This document shows positions 32,307-45,737 of a stretch of DNA of 64,000 nt, piece after piece. A model generated the notes under the pieces. The model saw only the letters and a list, made by a program, of their open reading frames with translations. It was not told the DNA's origin and made no database searches. This stretch comes from Nitrospirota bacterium (lineage in GTDB: Bacteria > Nitrospirota > JACRHJ01), in the NCBI GenBank assembly GCA_963733375.1, contig CAVTDB010000003.1, forward strand, positions 256,001-320,000, read 5' to 3'. The translations under genes were made by a program, and so were the position numbers. The stretch's first letter is position 1, and each line of letters opens with the position of its first letter.

Positions 32307-34502
32307 TTACTCCACAAACGTAACCCTGTTTATCTCGCGCAGGGTAGTCTCTCCCTTGAATGCCTTCTGAAGCGCGGACTGCCTCAGCGTACTCATGCCC
32401 TCCTCGACGGCGGCCTTCCTCAGCTCGGAAACCGGCCTTCGCTCCAGCATCATTTCCTTTATGCGGTCCGAGAGGTCCAGGAACTCCGTTATGGCCTTCC
32501 TGCCCTTGTAACCGGTACCGTTGCACTCGGCGCAGCCCTTGCCCTCGTAAAAAACTATGCCCCGGTTGACTATGTCGTCGTAATCAAGGCCGGAGTCGGC
32601 GAACGCCTCCTTGGAAAGCTTGACCGGACGCTTGCAGTTAAGGCAAATAACCCTGACCAGCCTCTGGGCCAGGATGCAGTTCAGCGAGCTGACGAAGTTA
32701 TAGGGCTCGACGCCCATGTTGGTGAACCGGCCTATGACATCGAAGGCGTTGTTAGCGTGGACCGTGGTAAAGACCAGGTGGCCGGTCAAGGCCGCCGCCA
32801 CGGCTATCTGCGCGGTCTCCTGGTCCCGGATCTCGCCGACCAGTATCTTGTCCGGGTCATGCCTGAGGATGGAACGTAACCCCCTTGCGAAGGTGAGGCC
32901 CTTCTTTTCGTTAACCGGTATCTGGACCACGCCCGCGAGCTGGTACTCGACCGGGTCTTCGATGGTTATCATCTTGTCTTCGCTGGTGTTTATCTCGCTT
33001 ATGGCGGCGTAGAGCGTGGTAGTCTTTCCGGAGCCGGTAGGGCCGGTGACAAGCACCATCCCGTAAGGCTCCAGTACCGCCTTCCTGAAGCGCTTCAGGT
33101 CGTTATCGGAGTATCCCAGGCGGTCCAGCCGGAGCTCGTGGAGGTCCGCCGTAATGGACTCCTTGTCCAGTATCCTTATCACCACGTCCTCGCCGAATAT
33201 GGACGGCATTATGGACACGCGGAAGTCGATCTTCCTGTCCTTGAGCTTTATCTTGAAACGCCCGTCCTGCGGGATGCGCCGCTCGGCGATGTCAAGCTCG
33301 GACATGATTTTTATTCGCGAGATGATGGTGGTCTGAAAACGCGCGTCAATCGGGTCCATCGCACGGTAGAGCACGCCGTCTATCCTGTATTTCACGATCA
33401 CGTGGCGCTCGTCGGACTCGATATGGATGTCGGAGGCCCGCTTCTGGATGGCGGAAAAGAGAATCGTGTCCACAAGCTTTATGATCGGGCTTATCTCCTC
33501 GCCCAGGCGGTCCATGGAGAGGGTCTCTTCGCCCTCCTCCGTCTCCTTTACCAGGTGGAGCTTGAACTCCTCGGTCACCTCTTTCAAGACCCTCTGAGAG
33601 CCTTCGCTCCTTTTCAGGGCCTCGGCGATGGAAGCGTTCGTCGCCACGCATATCCCCAGGGGCCGTCCCAGGAGGAGTTCCAGTTCGTCCACCATTATGA
33701 TATTCGTGGGGTCGGAGACGGCGATGATGAGCCTGCCGCCTTCCTCTTCGTACGGCACGAACTGGTAGCGGTCCATAAGCTCGTAGGAGACGGTCTCGAA
33801 GAAGCGGGGCTCGATATGGAAGTTGAACAGGTTTACGAACTTGACCCCGTGCTGATAGGCGAGGCTCCTGGAAAGCTGCTCTTCGGATATGACCCCGTTC
33901 TCCATGAGCACCTGGCCTATCCTCTTTTCCGTACCCTTCACGCCCTCCAGGACGCCCTCTATCTCCGCAAGGCTGGCGTACCCCTTGGAGACCATGATCT
34001 CGCCGATACGCTGTTTGCCGACCATCCGGGATATTTTTACTATCTCCCGGTCCTCGGCCGCCAGACGCTCCCCGCGCTCGTTTAAGGCGCGCCTGACCGC
34101 GCCCAGCAGGCTGTCCCTGTCAAAGGGCTTGGTTATGTAGCCCACGGCGCCCATTTTGATGGAGTCCGCGGCGGTGGTCTCGCTCCCCCGGCCGGTTATG
34201 ATGATGACCTCGGTATCCGAACGGAGCTTCTTTATCTCCTTCAGGACGTCCAGGCCGTTCAGCCCGGGCATCATGTAGTCCAGGAGCACCAGGTCCGGAG
34301 AGGTATCCTTCACCTTCTCTAAAGCCTCCATGCCGTTGGAGGCGGAAAGGACGGAAAAACCGTTCGAGGTCAGGATCTTCGAGATTAATACGAGGATATC
34401 CCGCTCGTCGTCCACCACGAGGATGGTAGCTTTTTCCGTTGCCGGTCCCGGCTCTACCCCCGCAAGGACTTCTTTTCCCGCAGTCTTCAATTCTTCTTCC
34501 AT
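32307..34502 (-). CDS. gspE: T2SS ATPase with N-terminal receiver and MshEN-like domains
   Basis: REC (VVDD, LLDYMMP, ITKPF); RIG..L…G..…Q motifs; ASDIH, PQDGR, GPTGSGKTT, EDPVE, LRHDPD, CxxC pairs. Confidence 0.92.
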   Translation of the reverse strand: MEEELKTAGKEVLAGVEPGPATEKATILVVDDERDILVLISKILTSNGFSVLSASNGMEALEKVKDTSPDLVLLDYMMPGLNGLDVLKEIKKLRSDTEVIIITGRGSETTAADSIKMGAVGYITKPFDRDSLLGAVRRALNERGERLAAEDREIVKISRMVGKQRIGEIMVSKGYASLAEIEGVLEGVKGTEKRIGQVLMENGVISEEQLSRSLAYQHGVKFVNLFNFHIEPRFFETVSYELMDRYQFVPYEEEGGRLIIAVSDPTNIIMVDELELLLGRPLGICVATNASIAEALKRSEGSQRVLKEVTEEFKLHLVKETEEGEETLSMDRLGEEISPIIKLVDTILFSAIQKRASDIHIESDERHVIVKYRIDGVLYRAMDPIDARFQTTIISRIKIMSELDIAERRIPQDGRFKIKLKDRKIDFRVSIMPSIFGEDVVIRILDKESITADLHELRLDRLGYSDNDLKRFRKAVLEPYGMVLVTGPTGSGKTTTLYAAISEINTSEDKMITIEDPVEYQLAGVVQIPVNEKKGLTFARGLRSILRHDPDKILVGEIRDQETAQIAVAAALTGHLVFTTVHANNAFDVIGRFTNMGVEPYNFVSSLNCILAQRLVRVICLNCKRPVKLSKEAFADSGLDYDDIVNRGIVFYEGKGCAECNGTGYKGRKAITEFLDLSDRIKEMMLERRPVSELRKAAVEEGMSTLRQSALQKAFKGETTLREINRVTFVE

Positions 34503-34519
34503 CTTGGTTTAGACGTCCT

Positions 34520-35725
34520 TTATTTAATGGTCCCCGCCATCTCGAATATAGGCAGGTACATTATTATCACGATAGACCCGACAATAAGCCCCAGGGTAGC
34601 GATTATGATGGGTTCGATAAGGCTGGTCAGCCTCTGCAAGCGGACGTTGACCTTGTCTTCGTAGAAATTGGATATGTCGTCCAGCATGGCTTCCAGGGCG
34701 CCCGTCGCCTCCCCGACCTCTATCATCCTGATCGTCATGGTGGGCATTATCTTCGTCTCTTCGAACGATCCGGCCAGGCTTATCCCCTCCCGGACCCTCT
34801 CCTGGACATATTTCAGCTTGTTCGATACTTCGCGGTTCGTGATCGACCTCGACACCATCTCCAGCGCCTGGAGCATAGGTATGCCGCCCGAGAGTATCGT
34901 GGACAGGGTCCTGGTCATGGTGCTTATGATATAGCCCTTCAGCGCGCCGCCGATTAAAGGCACTTTGAGCAGATACTTGTCCACTGTCAGTCTTCCGTTG
35001 TCAGTGCGGTACCAGGCCCTGAAAGCGTAAACCGCACCCACGGCCAGGGCAACAAACAGCAGAAAGAATTTTCTTAAAATGTGCGTAAAATTCATCAGCA
35101 TCAAGGTAGGCAACGGGAGGGAAGCTTGCGAGTCCGCGTATGTCTGCGTAAAGGCGGGCACTACATAGGTCAGCAGGAAGATGAGGAGTAAGATGGTAAA
35201 CCCTACAATGAAAGTCGGGTAGGTCAGCGCGCTGACCATCTTCCTCTTCACATCGAGCAGCCTCTTCTGGTAAATTATGAAGCGCTCCAGCACGTCAGCC
35301 AGGGCGCCGGTGCGTTCACCCGCCCGAAGAGAGTTGCAGAAAAGTTCCGAGAAGAAGCCTGGGTGCCGGGACATGGCATCCGAAAGGGACTTCCCTCCAC
35401 GGACTTCCGTCTTTACATCCACAAGAGCGTCTTTGAATGCTGTATGGGAAGTCCTCTCCGCCAGGATGTCCAGCGACTGCACGATGGGCAGACCGGCCTT
35501 TATCAGCACCAGCAGTTCCTGGTTGAAGACCAGAAAATCTTCGGTCTTCAGCTTCTTCCGGCCCGACAGGGCCCCAAGCCCCAGCGCATGCCGCTTCTTG
35601 AGCTGGAGTACGAGATATCCGCTCTCCTCCAACTCTTTCCTGAGCGCCTCCGGGCTGTCGGCGTCCGCTTCCTTTATAAAGACGCTTCCGTCTTCTCGCC
35701 CGGCCTTATAAACAAAAACTGGCAT
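34520..35725 (-). CDS. gspF: T2SS inner-membrane platform protein GspF/PilC
   Basis: AGLPIVQSL, AGERTG, ALTYP, VGEATG, IEP…MYLPIF. Confidence 0.92.
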   Translation of the reverse strand: MPVFVYKAGREDGSVFIKEADADSPEALRKELEESGYLVLQLKKRHALGLGALSGRKKLKTEDFLVFNQELLVLIKAGLPIVQSLDILAERTSHTAFKDALVDVKTEVRGGKSLSDAMSRHPGFFSELFCNSLRAGERTGALADVLERFIIYQKRLLDVKRKMVSALTYPTFIVGFTILLLIFLLTYVVPAFTQTYADSQASLPLPTLMLMNFTHILRKFFLLFVALAVGAVYAFRAWYRTDNGRLTVDKYLLKVPLIGGALKGYIISTMTRTLSTILSGGIPMLQALEMVSRSITNREVSNKLKYVQERVREGISLAGSFEETKIMPTMTIRMIEVGEATGALEAMLDDISNFYEDKVNVRLQRLTSLIEPIIIATLGLIVGSIVIIMYLPIFEMAGTIK

Positions 35726-35785
35726 CGATACCTTTCAGAGTGCGGCGAAGTGCCTCCCGCCTTCCCCGAGGTTCATCAGTCCGTC

Positions 35786-35815
35786 ATTATATATTAAAGA
35801 GGCCCATTTGTTCAA
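35786..35815 (-). promoter_or_regulatory. sigma70 promoter of the T2SS operon
   Basis: TTGAAC-N18-TATAAT on the minus strand upstream of gspF. Confidence 0.5.
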
Positions 35816-35953
35816 GTTAATTCTCGCAAAAATGCGCACCCTTATTCTTTATATTCCTTAAGCTTTTTTAATTTTAGAGAGTTTTCGGGGCGGGGGAATG
35901 AGCGATATTGAGATAGCTTAAAAAACCTGTTTACAAGCGCGCAAGGGCTCTTC

Positions 35954-35992
35954 GTAACTCCCTTGACTCCCCCCTTACCTTAAAGAGGGGGG
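35954..35992. repeat. Purine/pyrimidine-tract hairpin (REP-like)
   Basis: GTAACTCCCTTGACTCCCCCCTTACCTTAAAGAGGGGGG; loosely similar to 46762-46794 on the minus strand. Confidence 0.4.
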
Positions 35993-36002
35993 CGGAAACG
36001 CA

Positions 36003-36212
36003 TTACTTTCCCGCAAGGGCGGCATTAATCTCGTCAACAATCTTTTGCGGGTCGAGGTTGTGCATAAGAGAACCAAAGCCAATCGATTCCATGTTTATCC
36101 CGGGGCAGGTAAAGCACCCGGTCCCGAAATGCTTCTCGATTATCTTCCTGACTTCCGGGTCTGCATTTATGGCTTCGCCTATTATGGTATTCTTGTCGAC
36201 GGTGAGGGGCAT
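36003..36212 (-). CDS. DUF1858 small protein
   Basis: I.E.I…PE….GCFTCPG..ESI…H.LD; upstream ATGACA-N17-TATAAT at 36251-36279. Confidence 0.75.
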   Translation of the reverse strand: MPLTVDKNTIIGEAINADPEVRKIIEKHFGTGCFTCPGINMESIGFGSLMHNLDPQKIVDEINAALAGK

Positions 36213-36433
36213 CGCTTCAGACCTCCGTTTTTATAGATTTAATTCTTCATATTATACATCTTCCGGCGGACGGTGTCATGATTTTTGTCATTTTTTAAAA
36301 TAAACGGAGTTGACATTTTAATATTTGGATAGTATTTTTAGAATTACTGTCAACCTTTTACGATGCAAGCCGTCTAAAGCCGAGAGGTTTTTTTCTCCCT
36401 CAAAGCGCTCCAAAATAGAAAGGAGGTGAAAAG

Positions 36434-36766
36434 ATGAAAAAACTTATTGTTCTTATGATGGCGGCTGTAATGGCCTTCGCTTTCGCTGGTATCTGCTTCG
36501 CAGCTCCCGCGGACTTCGCGTTCAAGACGGTCGGCAGCGAGGGTGCTGTCACCTTCTCGCACACGGCCCATCTGGCCCAGAAGGTGGACGGGCAGGCTGT
36601 GACCTGCAAGAACTGCCACACGAAGCTCTTCAAGATGAAGAAGGGTGGCGACGACATAACGATGGCAGCCATAAAGGAAGGCAAGTTCTGCGGCGGGTGC
36701 CACGACGGCAAAACCGCGTTCGCAGCGACTGCCGCTGAAAACTGCGCAAAGTGCCACAAGAAGTAG
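36434..36766 (+). CDS. Periplasmic triheme c7-type cytochrome
   Basis: Signal peptide; FSHTAH, CKNCH, ITM, CGGCH, CAKCH; AGGAGG RBS. Confidence 0.92.
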   Translation: MKKLIVLMMAAVMAFAFAGICFAAPADFAFKTVGSEGAVTFSHTAHLAQKVDGQAVTCKNCHTKLFKMKKGGDDITMAAIKEGKFCGGCHDGKTAFAATAAENCAKCHKK

Positions 36767-36795
36767 TTTTAAAAGTTTCTGCTGTTTTTTTAAAG

Positions 36796-36828
36796 AGGCC
36801 GCGGGGAAACCCGCGGCCTTCCTTTTTT
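36796..36828 (+). terminator. Intrinsic terminator
   Basis: AGGCCGCGGG-gaaa-CCCGCGGCCT followed by a T-run. Confidence 0.8.
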
Positions 36829-36944
36829 GCCCCCGCCCCTCATCCGGCCGCCTTGACAGCTTCCCGGCCTGTTGCTAAATTTAATGATGGGGGTATAACC
36901 ACTTAAATAACTTGTCGCCCCCATCACTTAAACCGGGAGGGAAA

Positions 36945-37734
36945 ATGAAGAGATTATTATTGGCGGCGTTTATGGCAGTTCTTGTCGTCTCCGGGATCGC
37001 CTATGCCGACGACGCCGGCTATATGATCAAGGGGAAGGTGGTCTCCGTCGATATGGCTGCAAAGACCGTAGTGGTCGACACTGACCAGGGCCAGAAAACT
37101 ATCCTTTTCCAGGGTGCGGAGGGCTTGACAGGGGCGGAAGGGGCCTGTTCGCCTAACGTGAAGCCCGGCGACAACGTTGAGATCAGCTGCGTTGACGTGT
37201 CCGGAAAAGCCTGCGGCAAGAACATTAAGGTCATCGCTATCGCCCAGAAAACAAGCGTTTTTGAAGGGGAAGTGGTATCGGTTGACCCCTCGGGCAAGAC
37301 ATTGGTCCTGAAAAACGACCAGGGCCAGGAGATGACGCTGAGGATTGAATCTTCATCCGCCGAAAAACTTACACCAATGCCGGGCGGGACGTATAAAGTC
37401 CGAGCCGGTGCCCATGACGGAGCTTCAGCCCGGCACAAAGGTACGGGTGGACTGCTTCGACAGCGAGGGCAAATTCTGCGCCAACAGGGTAACTGTCGTC
37501 GCCCCCGGGGAGCCGGCTGCAAAGGTTTATACGGGTCAGATCGTATCGATAGACCCGGCTGGCAAGACGATCGTCATCAGCACGACCGAAGGCCAGAAAA
37601 CTCTTTATTATCAGGAGTCCACAACCGGTATGCCTCTGACTAACGAAGAGGTTGGCAAGCGCGTGAAGGCGTATTGCCTTGACGTGGAGGGCAAGAGCTG
37701 CATCCGGGACATAACGGAAGAGCCCGCGCCGTAG
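36945..37734 (+). CDS. Exported protein with three OB-fold-like repeats (frameshift near 37400)
   Basis: Signal peptide; three repeats G.VVS(V/I)D…KT.V, each ending in Cx7C. Confidence 0.7.
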
Positions 37735-37762
37735 CTTAAGACTGGTTATCAGAAATCAAGAG

Positions 37763-37790
37763 AGGCGGCGCATAATGCGCCGCCTTTTTT
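37763..37790 (+). terminator. Intrinsic terminator
   Basis: AGGCGGCGCAT-a-ATGCGCCGCCT followed by TTTTT. Confidence 0.8.
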
Positions 37791-37928
37791 ATCGCCTTCT
37801 CCCACTCCCAACGCCTTTCAGGCCGCCCTGTTTCAATCCCATAAATTTATTGACTGCCCGGTTGATTTATGAGCAAATGTCAGCGGCTTTGAAATGCCGT
37901 CCATCTGAACCCGGGAGACGAAAAGGAA

Positions 37929-38645
37929 ATGGCAACGAAAAAGGGAACTGGCCGCGTAATATGCCAGATATGCAAGATGGAAAAAAAGCCGGCGGAGATG
38001 ATACCGGCAGTGCTGATCCGCGGTCCCGTGACAGAACGGATTAAGGCTGCGTATCCCGACTGGTCGCCAGACGGCTATATATGCCGTCCCGACCTCAACA
38101 GGTTCAGGGACGAATATGTCGAGGATGCAATAAAGCAGGACAAGGGCGAGCTTACGGAGCTTGAGAACCAGGTCGTAAAAAGCCTCCGAGACCAGGAGCT
38201 TCTGACCAGGAACATCAACGACGAGTTCGACCGGCAATCCACCCTGGGGGAGAAGCTCGCGGATAAGATCGCGGACTTCGGCGGGAGCTGGCGGTTCATA
38301 GGGATATTCGGGACGGTGCTGTTTGTGTGGCTCGGAATAAATACGACTCTATTTTTCCTGAAACCGTTCGACCCGTACCCGTACATTTTTCTAAACCTGA
38401 TCCTTTCCTGTCTTGCCGCGATTCAGGCGCCGGTTATAATGATGAGCCAGAACAGGCAGGAGTCGAAAGACCGCTTAAGGGCGGAGCATGATTACAAGGT
38501 CAACCTGAAGGCGGAGCTTGAAATCCGGCACCTGCACGAAAAAGTGGACCATCTGCTGGTGAACCAATGGCAGAGGCTCCTGGAAATACAGGAGATTCAA
38601 ACGCAGCTTATGGAAGAGCTTTCAGAGAAGCGGCCGCGGCCGTAA
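37929..38645 (+). CDS. DUF1003 membrane protein
   Basis: ADFGGSW.FI, FDPYPYIFLNL, AIQAPVIMMSQNRQ. Confidence 0.9.
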   Translation: MATKKGTGRVICQICKMEKKPAEMIPAVLIRGPVTERIKAAYPDWSPDGYICRPDLNRFRDEYVEDAIKQDKGELTELENQVVKSLRDQELLTRNINDEFDRQSTLGEKLADKIADFGGSWRFIGIFGTVLFVWLGINTTLFFLKPFDPYPYIFLNLILSCLAAIQAPVIMMSQNRQESKDRLRAEHDYKVNLKAELEIRHLHEKVDHLLVNQWQRLLEIQEIQTQLMEELSEKRPRP

Positions 38646-38670
38646 AAAAATCTGGAATAAACCGCTTATT

Positions 38671-40012
38671 TTATTCCACTATATCTTCCTTCTTGAAATT
38701 CGCCGCGAAGATGTCCACCACGCTTGGGTCGAACTGGGTGCCGGAGTTGGCTCTAAGTTCCGTGACGGCCTCCGCGAAGCTCCTCGTGGGCTTGTATGAC
38801 CTGGCGCTGACTATCGTATCGAACGTCTCCGCCACCGCGATTATCCTCGCCCCCAGCGGTATCTCCGTCCCGGAAATCCCTTTCGGGTAGCCTTTCCCGT
38901 CGTATCGCTCGTGGTGGGACAGCACCAGCGGGGCCGTGGGCTGCCAGATGCTGATGGACTTTATCATATCGTATCCCAGGTTCGAGTGCAGTTCGAACTT
39001 CTGTTGCCCCCAGTGTTCGTCCTTGTCGTACTTCAGTAGCCCTATGTCGTGCAGGAGCGCGCCGAAATAGACCTTCTTCTGCTCGTCCTCGTTTAAACCC
39101 ATGTCCTTGGCAATCTTCACCGAGTACCGCGCCACGCGCCGGGCGTGCCCCTTCTTCTCCGGTATGTGGTAGTCCATCGCGGACATGAGTATCTCGGTCA
39201 CCTGGATGAAATCGGTATGCGAGGACTCGTTGCTCTTGGTCCGGTAAATCGACAGGGCGGCATGGTCCGCCAGGGAGAATAAAATTTTCAGGTCCTGCTC
39301 CGAGAACAGCTCCCCGTCCTTCTTGTTCAGCACCTCGAGGACGCCGATGTTCCTGCCGTCCATCACGAGGGGCACGCAGAGCATCGAACGGGTCTTAAAG
39401 CCGGTCTCCTGGTCGTATTTACCGGAGAATCGGGGGTCGTTTTTCACGTCGTTCAGCATGACGGGCTTCCCCTCGCTGAGCGACCCAGCCGGTCAGGCCT
39501 TCGCCCGAGCTTGACCTCCCTGCCCTTCAGGGCCGCGGCGTTCCTGCCGGAGAGATGGACGAACTTAAGCAGACCTGTCTCGTCGTAGAGGAGCACCGAA
39601 CTGGCTTCGGCATTTAATAGCTTGGTCGCGGAGCTGGCGATGGAGTCCAGAAGGACGTCCACGTAGAACCCTTCCCTGAAGTTCTTGGTAAGGTCGAGCA
39701 GCGTATCCATCCTGGTATTCAGCGTCTTCAGCGTACTGATGGACTCGCCCGCGGCGCGGTTCGTCAGTATAAGGCCCATGACGGAGAGGAATACGGTGAG
39801 GACGAGCAGTATGGCTATTACTTCGGGATGCTGGAGTTGCCCCTCTTTTCCGCTTCGGGCGTGATGTAGTCCAGGTAGAGGTAGGTCATCACGATTATCG
39901 GAACGATTGAGGCGATGAAATAGGAGAGTTTCAGCTTGTTGCTTATCCCGGCCCCGGCGACCGGCTTGACTATATTTTTTGGCTGGCTTTTTGGCGGCTC
40001 ACGTCTTGGCAT
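38671..40012 (-). CDS. Membrane GAF + HD-GYP c-di-GMP phosphodiesterase (frameshifted)
   Basis: Two TM helices; TGFKTRSMLCVPL…LNKK GAF; LLHDIG, HHERYDGKGYP and GTQFDP. Confidence 0.85.
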
Positions 40013-40076
40013 CTGTCCCCCCTTTTTTCGTAAGGCTCGTTTTTTTCGCGATTATCCGATAAATTCAGTACGGTTG

Positions 40077-41304
40077 TCAAGAATTAGGATTATTCCCGAA
40101 AATTGCCTGGAATTCGGGGGAGGTGCGGACCAGGTCGAAATCGTGGTCGCGCTCCGCCTCGGCCAGCGCGCCCTTGTCCGACTGGGCGGCCCTCTTAAGG
40201 GCGTTTGCGGAAGACCTTGCGTCCCCTTCCCTGGCATACGCGCAGGCCTTGTTGTAGTTGGCCATGACGTTCTTTTTTTCTATTTTCAGGACCTCGTCGA
40301 AGCACGAGAACGCCTCATCCTGCCTGCCTAGGTGAGAGAGCACGCTGCCTTTGTTGTTCAGCGCGTCCAGGTTCCCGGGCTCCAGGCCGAGCACGCGCTC
40401 GAAGTCGGCCAGCGCCTCCTTATGCCTCCCTAACCTTACAAGGGATATACCGCGGTCGAAATATATCAGCGGGTCCGCGGGAGATTTGAGCGCCTCGCGG
40501 TCGTATATTTTTATAGCCTCCTCGTCCGCCCCCATGTCCCCCAGAATATTCGCCTTCTCAAGGTTCGCCCCCGCAAAGTCCGGGTCCAGCTCCAGCGTCC
40601 GCTCAAGCGCCATGACCGCATCCTCCGGGTGCCCCAGTTTTTCGAGCATTAAAGCGGCGTTATAGGACAGGCCGGGGTTATCGGGGGTGGCTACCAGCGC
40701 CTTCCTGTACAGGTTGCAGGGCCTCCGAGTACCGTCCCATCTGGCTTAAGGAATAGGCGCGGCCTTCGAGGTAAGAGGGCTCGCTCGGATCTTCTTTCAA
40801 GAGCCCCTTGAAAATCGCCTCCGCCTCGGGATAACGCTCCGCGCGGTTCAAGGTGACCCCTTTGTTATACAGCGCGTCTTTCATACCCGGGTCAATCCGA
40901 AGCGCCTCGTCGTATGCCGCGAGCGCGGCTTCCATCTGCCTTGTCTCGCCCAGGGAATCGGCCAGCGACAGATAAACATCCGCCGATTCCTGGTCCAGGG
41001 CCAGGGCTTCCCGGTAAACCTTTATGGCGCCTTTATGGTCGCCCATCCTGGCAAGCAGAAGCCCCAGGTTATGATAGACCTCCGGCGTCTCGCCCTGGGT
41101 TACCAGCGCCTGCTCGTAAAGCGCCGCCGCCTTCTCGTAGTATCCAAGCTTCGTGGCGGCTATGGCCGCGGTATTGAGCGCTTCAAGGTTATAATGGTTC
41201 CTTGCCAGGGCCTTCTCCGCGTAATCGAACGCCTTGCGGTAGTCCCCGGCCTTGAGCGCCTGCCATGCGGAATCCCTGTAATATTTAAAGTACCTGCCTT
41301 CCAA
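40077..41304 (-). CDS. TPR-repeat protein (frameshifted)
   Basis: Many TPR motifs across ORFs 40678..41304 and 40077..40649; YNKACAYA tail. Confidence 0.8.
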
Positions 41305-42575
41305 CTACTGCCCGCCTTCTTTCAGCACGTTGTCCAGCCTGGCCTTCACCTCGCCGGCCATGGCGCCGTCAGGCGAGTAGTAAAGGTACTTGTCATAGGC
41401 GCGGGCGGCCTCCTTGTATTTTTTCATGTTGTTGTATGCGTTCCCCATTATGAAATACGCCTCCGCCATGTTCGGCTCGTACGTCACGGCATTTTTGGCC
41501 TCGGTTACCGCCTCGTCGTAATATCCCTGCCGGAGGTATATCCCGGCTAAGTTGTTATGCGCGACGGCCATGTCCGGCTTCTGGGAGAGCGCCGTTTTGA
41601 ATTCCTCGACGGCTCTGGCCACCGAGCCCCTTTTATAAAAAGCCACGCCAAGGTCTGCATGGGCCTCGGGGAAATCCTTCCGGAGCTGTACGGCCTTCCT
41701 GAACGCCTCTATGCTCTTATCGAGATAGTCGACGCGCTCCCTGGCGTCCTTGGTCTCCGCGCCCAGCACCCCGTAAACAAGGCCCTTGTAATAATGCGCT
41801 TCGGGAAGCAGGGCGTCTAATTTTTCCGCCCTGTCAAGTGCCGCAAGGGCGTCATCGAAATCGGACTTCTTGTAATCGACATACCCCAGCACGGCATAGG
41901 CCAGGGCGTAGTCGGGCCTTAGCTCCAGCGCCCGGTTCAGTTCGGTTTTCGCGCCCTCGTACATGTCCTGCTTCGCGTAGGACATGCCAAGCCCCAGGTG
42001 CGCCTCCTTGTCCTTCGGGTCCTCGTCGAGTGCCCGCAGGTATTTGTCGATTGCGTCGTTGTACTTAAGCTGTTTGAAATATATGTCGCCAAGGCGCGTA
42101 TTCACCTGCGGGTAGTGAGGAGTCCAGCTCCAGCACGCGCATCAAGTCGTGGACCGCCTCGTCATATCTCTTCAGCGCCATCAGCTCTTTCCCGTGCAGG
42201 AACCGGGCCTGCGCGTCGTTTCCGTCCATGGCGATAAGCGACTGGTACAGCTTTAGCGCGCCCAGGTGGTCGCCGTCTTCGGAGACTTTGGATGCCTTCC
42301 TGATTACCTTCTGATAGGCATTGTAGTCCTTGAGGGTCTTCTCCAGGTCTATCTGGTCTTTATTAAACCCGCGTCTCCCCGCTTTGCATCTTCAGGTAGA
42401 CCTTATCTCCCTGGAACCTGTGCGACTGCACTTCCATCGTGGAGCCGTTCTTGAAGTAAACGAGATATGCGTGAAGCGGGGACGGGTGCGGCAACAAGGA
42501 GGAGCAAAAGCGCCGCGAGAAGATACAGGGCAGGGCGCCTCCCGCGCGCCAAAAAGGATAACGGGAGGCGGGCAT
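41305..42575 (-). CDS. Exported TPR-repeat protein (frameshifted, start uncertain)
   Basis: TPRs in 41305..42105; upstream fragments carry a signal-like sequence and YFKNGSTMEV. Confidence 0.7.
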
Positions 42576-42645
42576 GCTGTGCGGGGGCGGCGAAAGTCGC
42601 TGGACGGTTTAGCGCCTTGCGCGTCTGCAACATATTTATAATCCT

Positions 42646-45729
<3,084 letters not shown>

Positions 45730-45737
45730 GGACTGAC

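Noticed and set aside
35726-35785. Hammerhead or fluoride-riboswitch-like CTGATGA…GAAA in the gspF leader
   Set aside because: Flanking stems do not pair as required, and the other conserved elements are missing.
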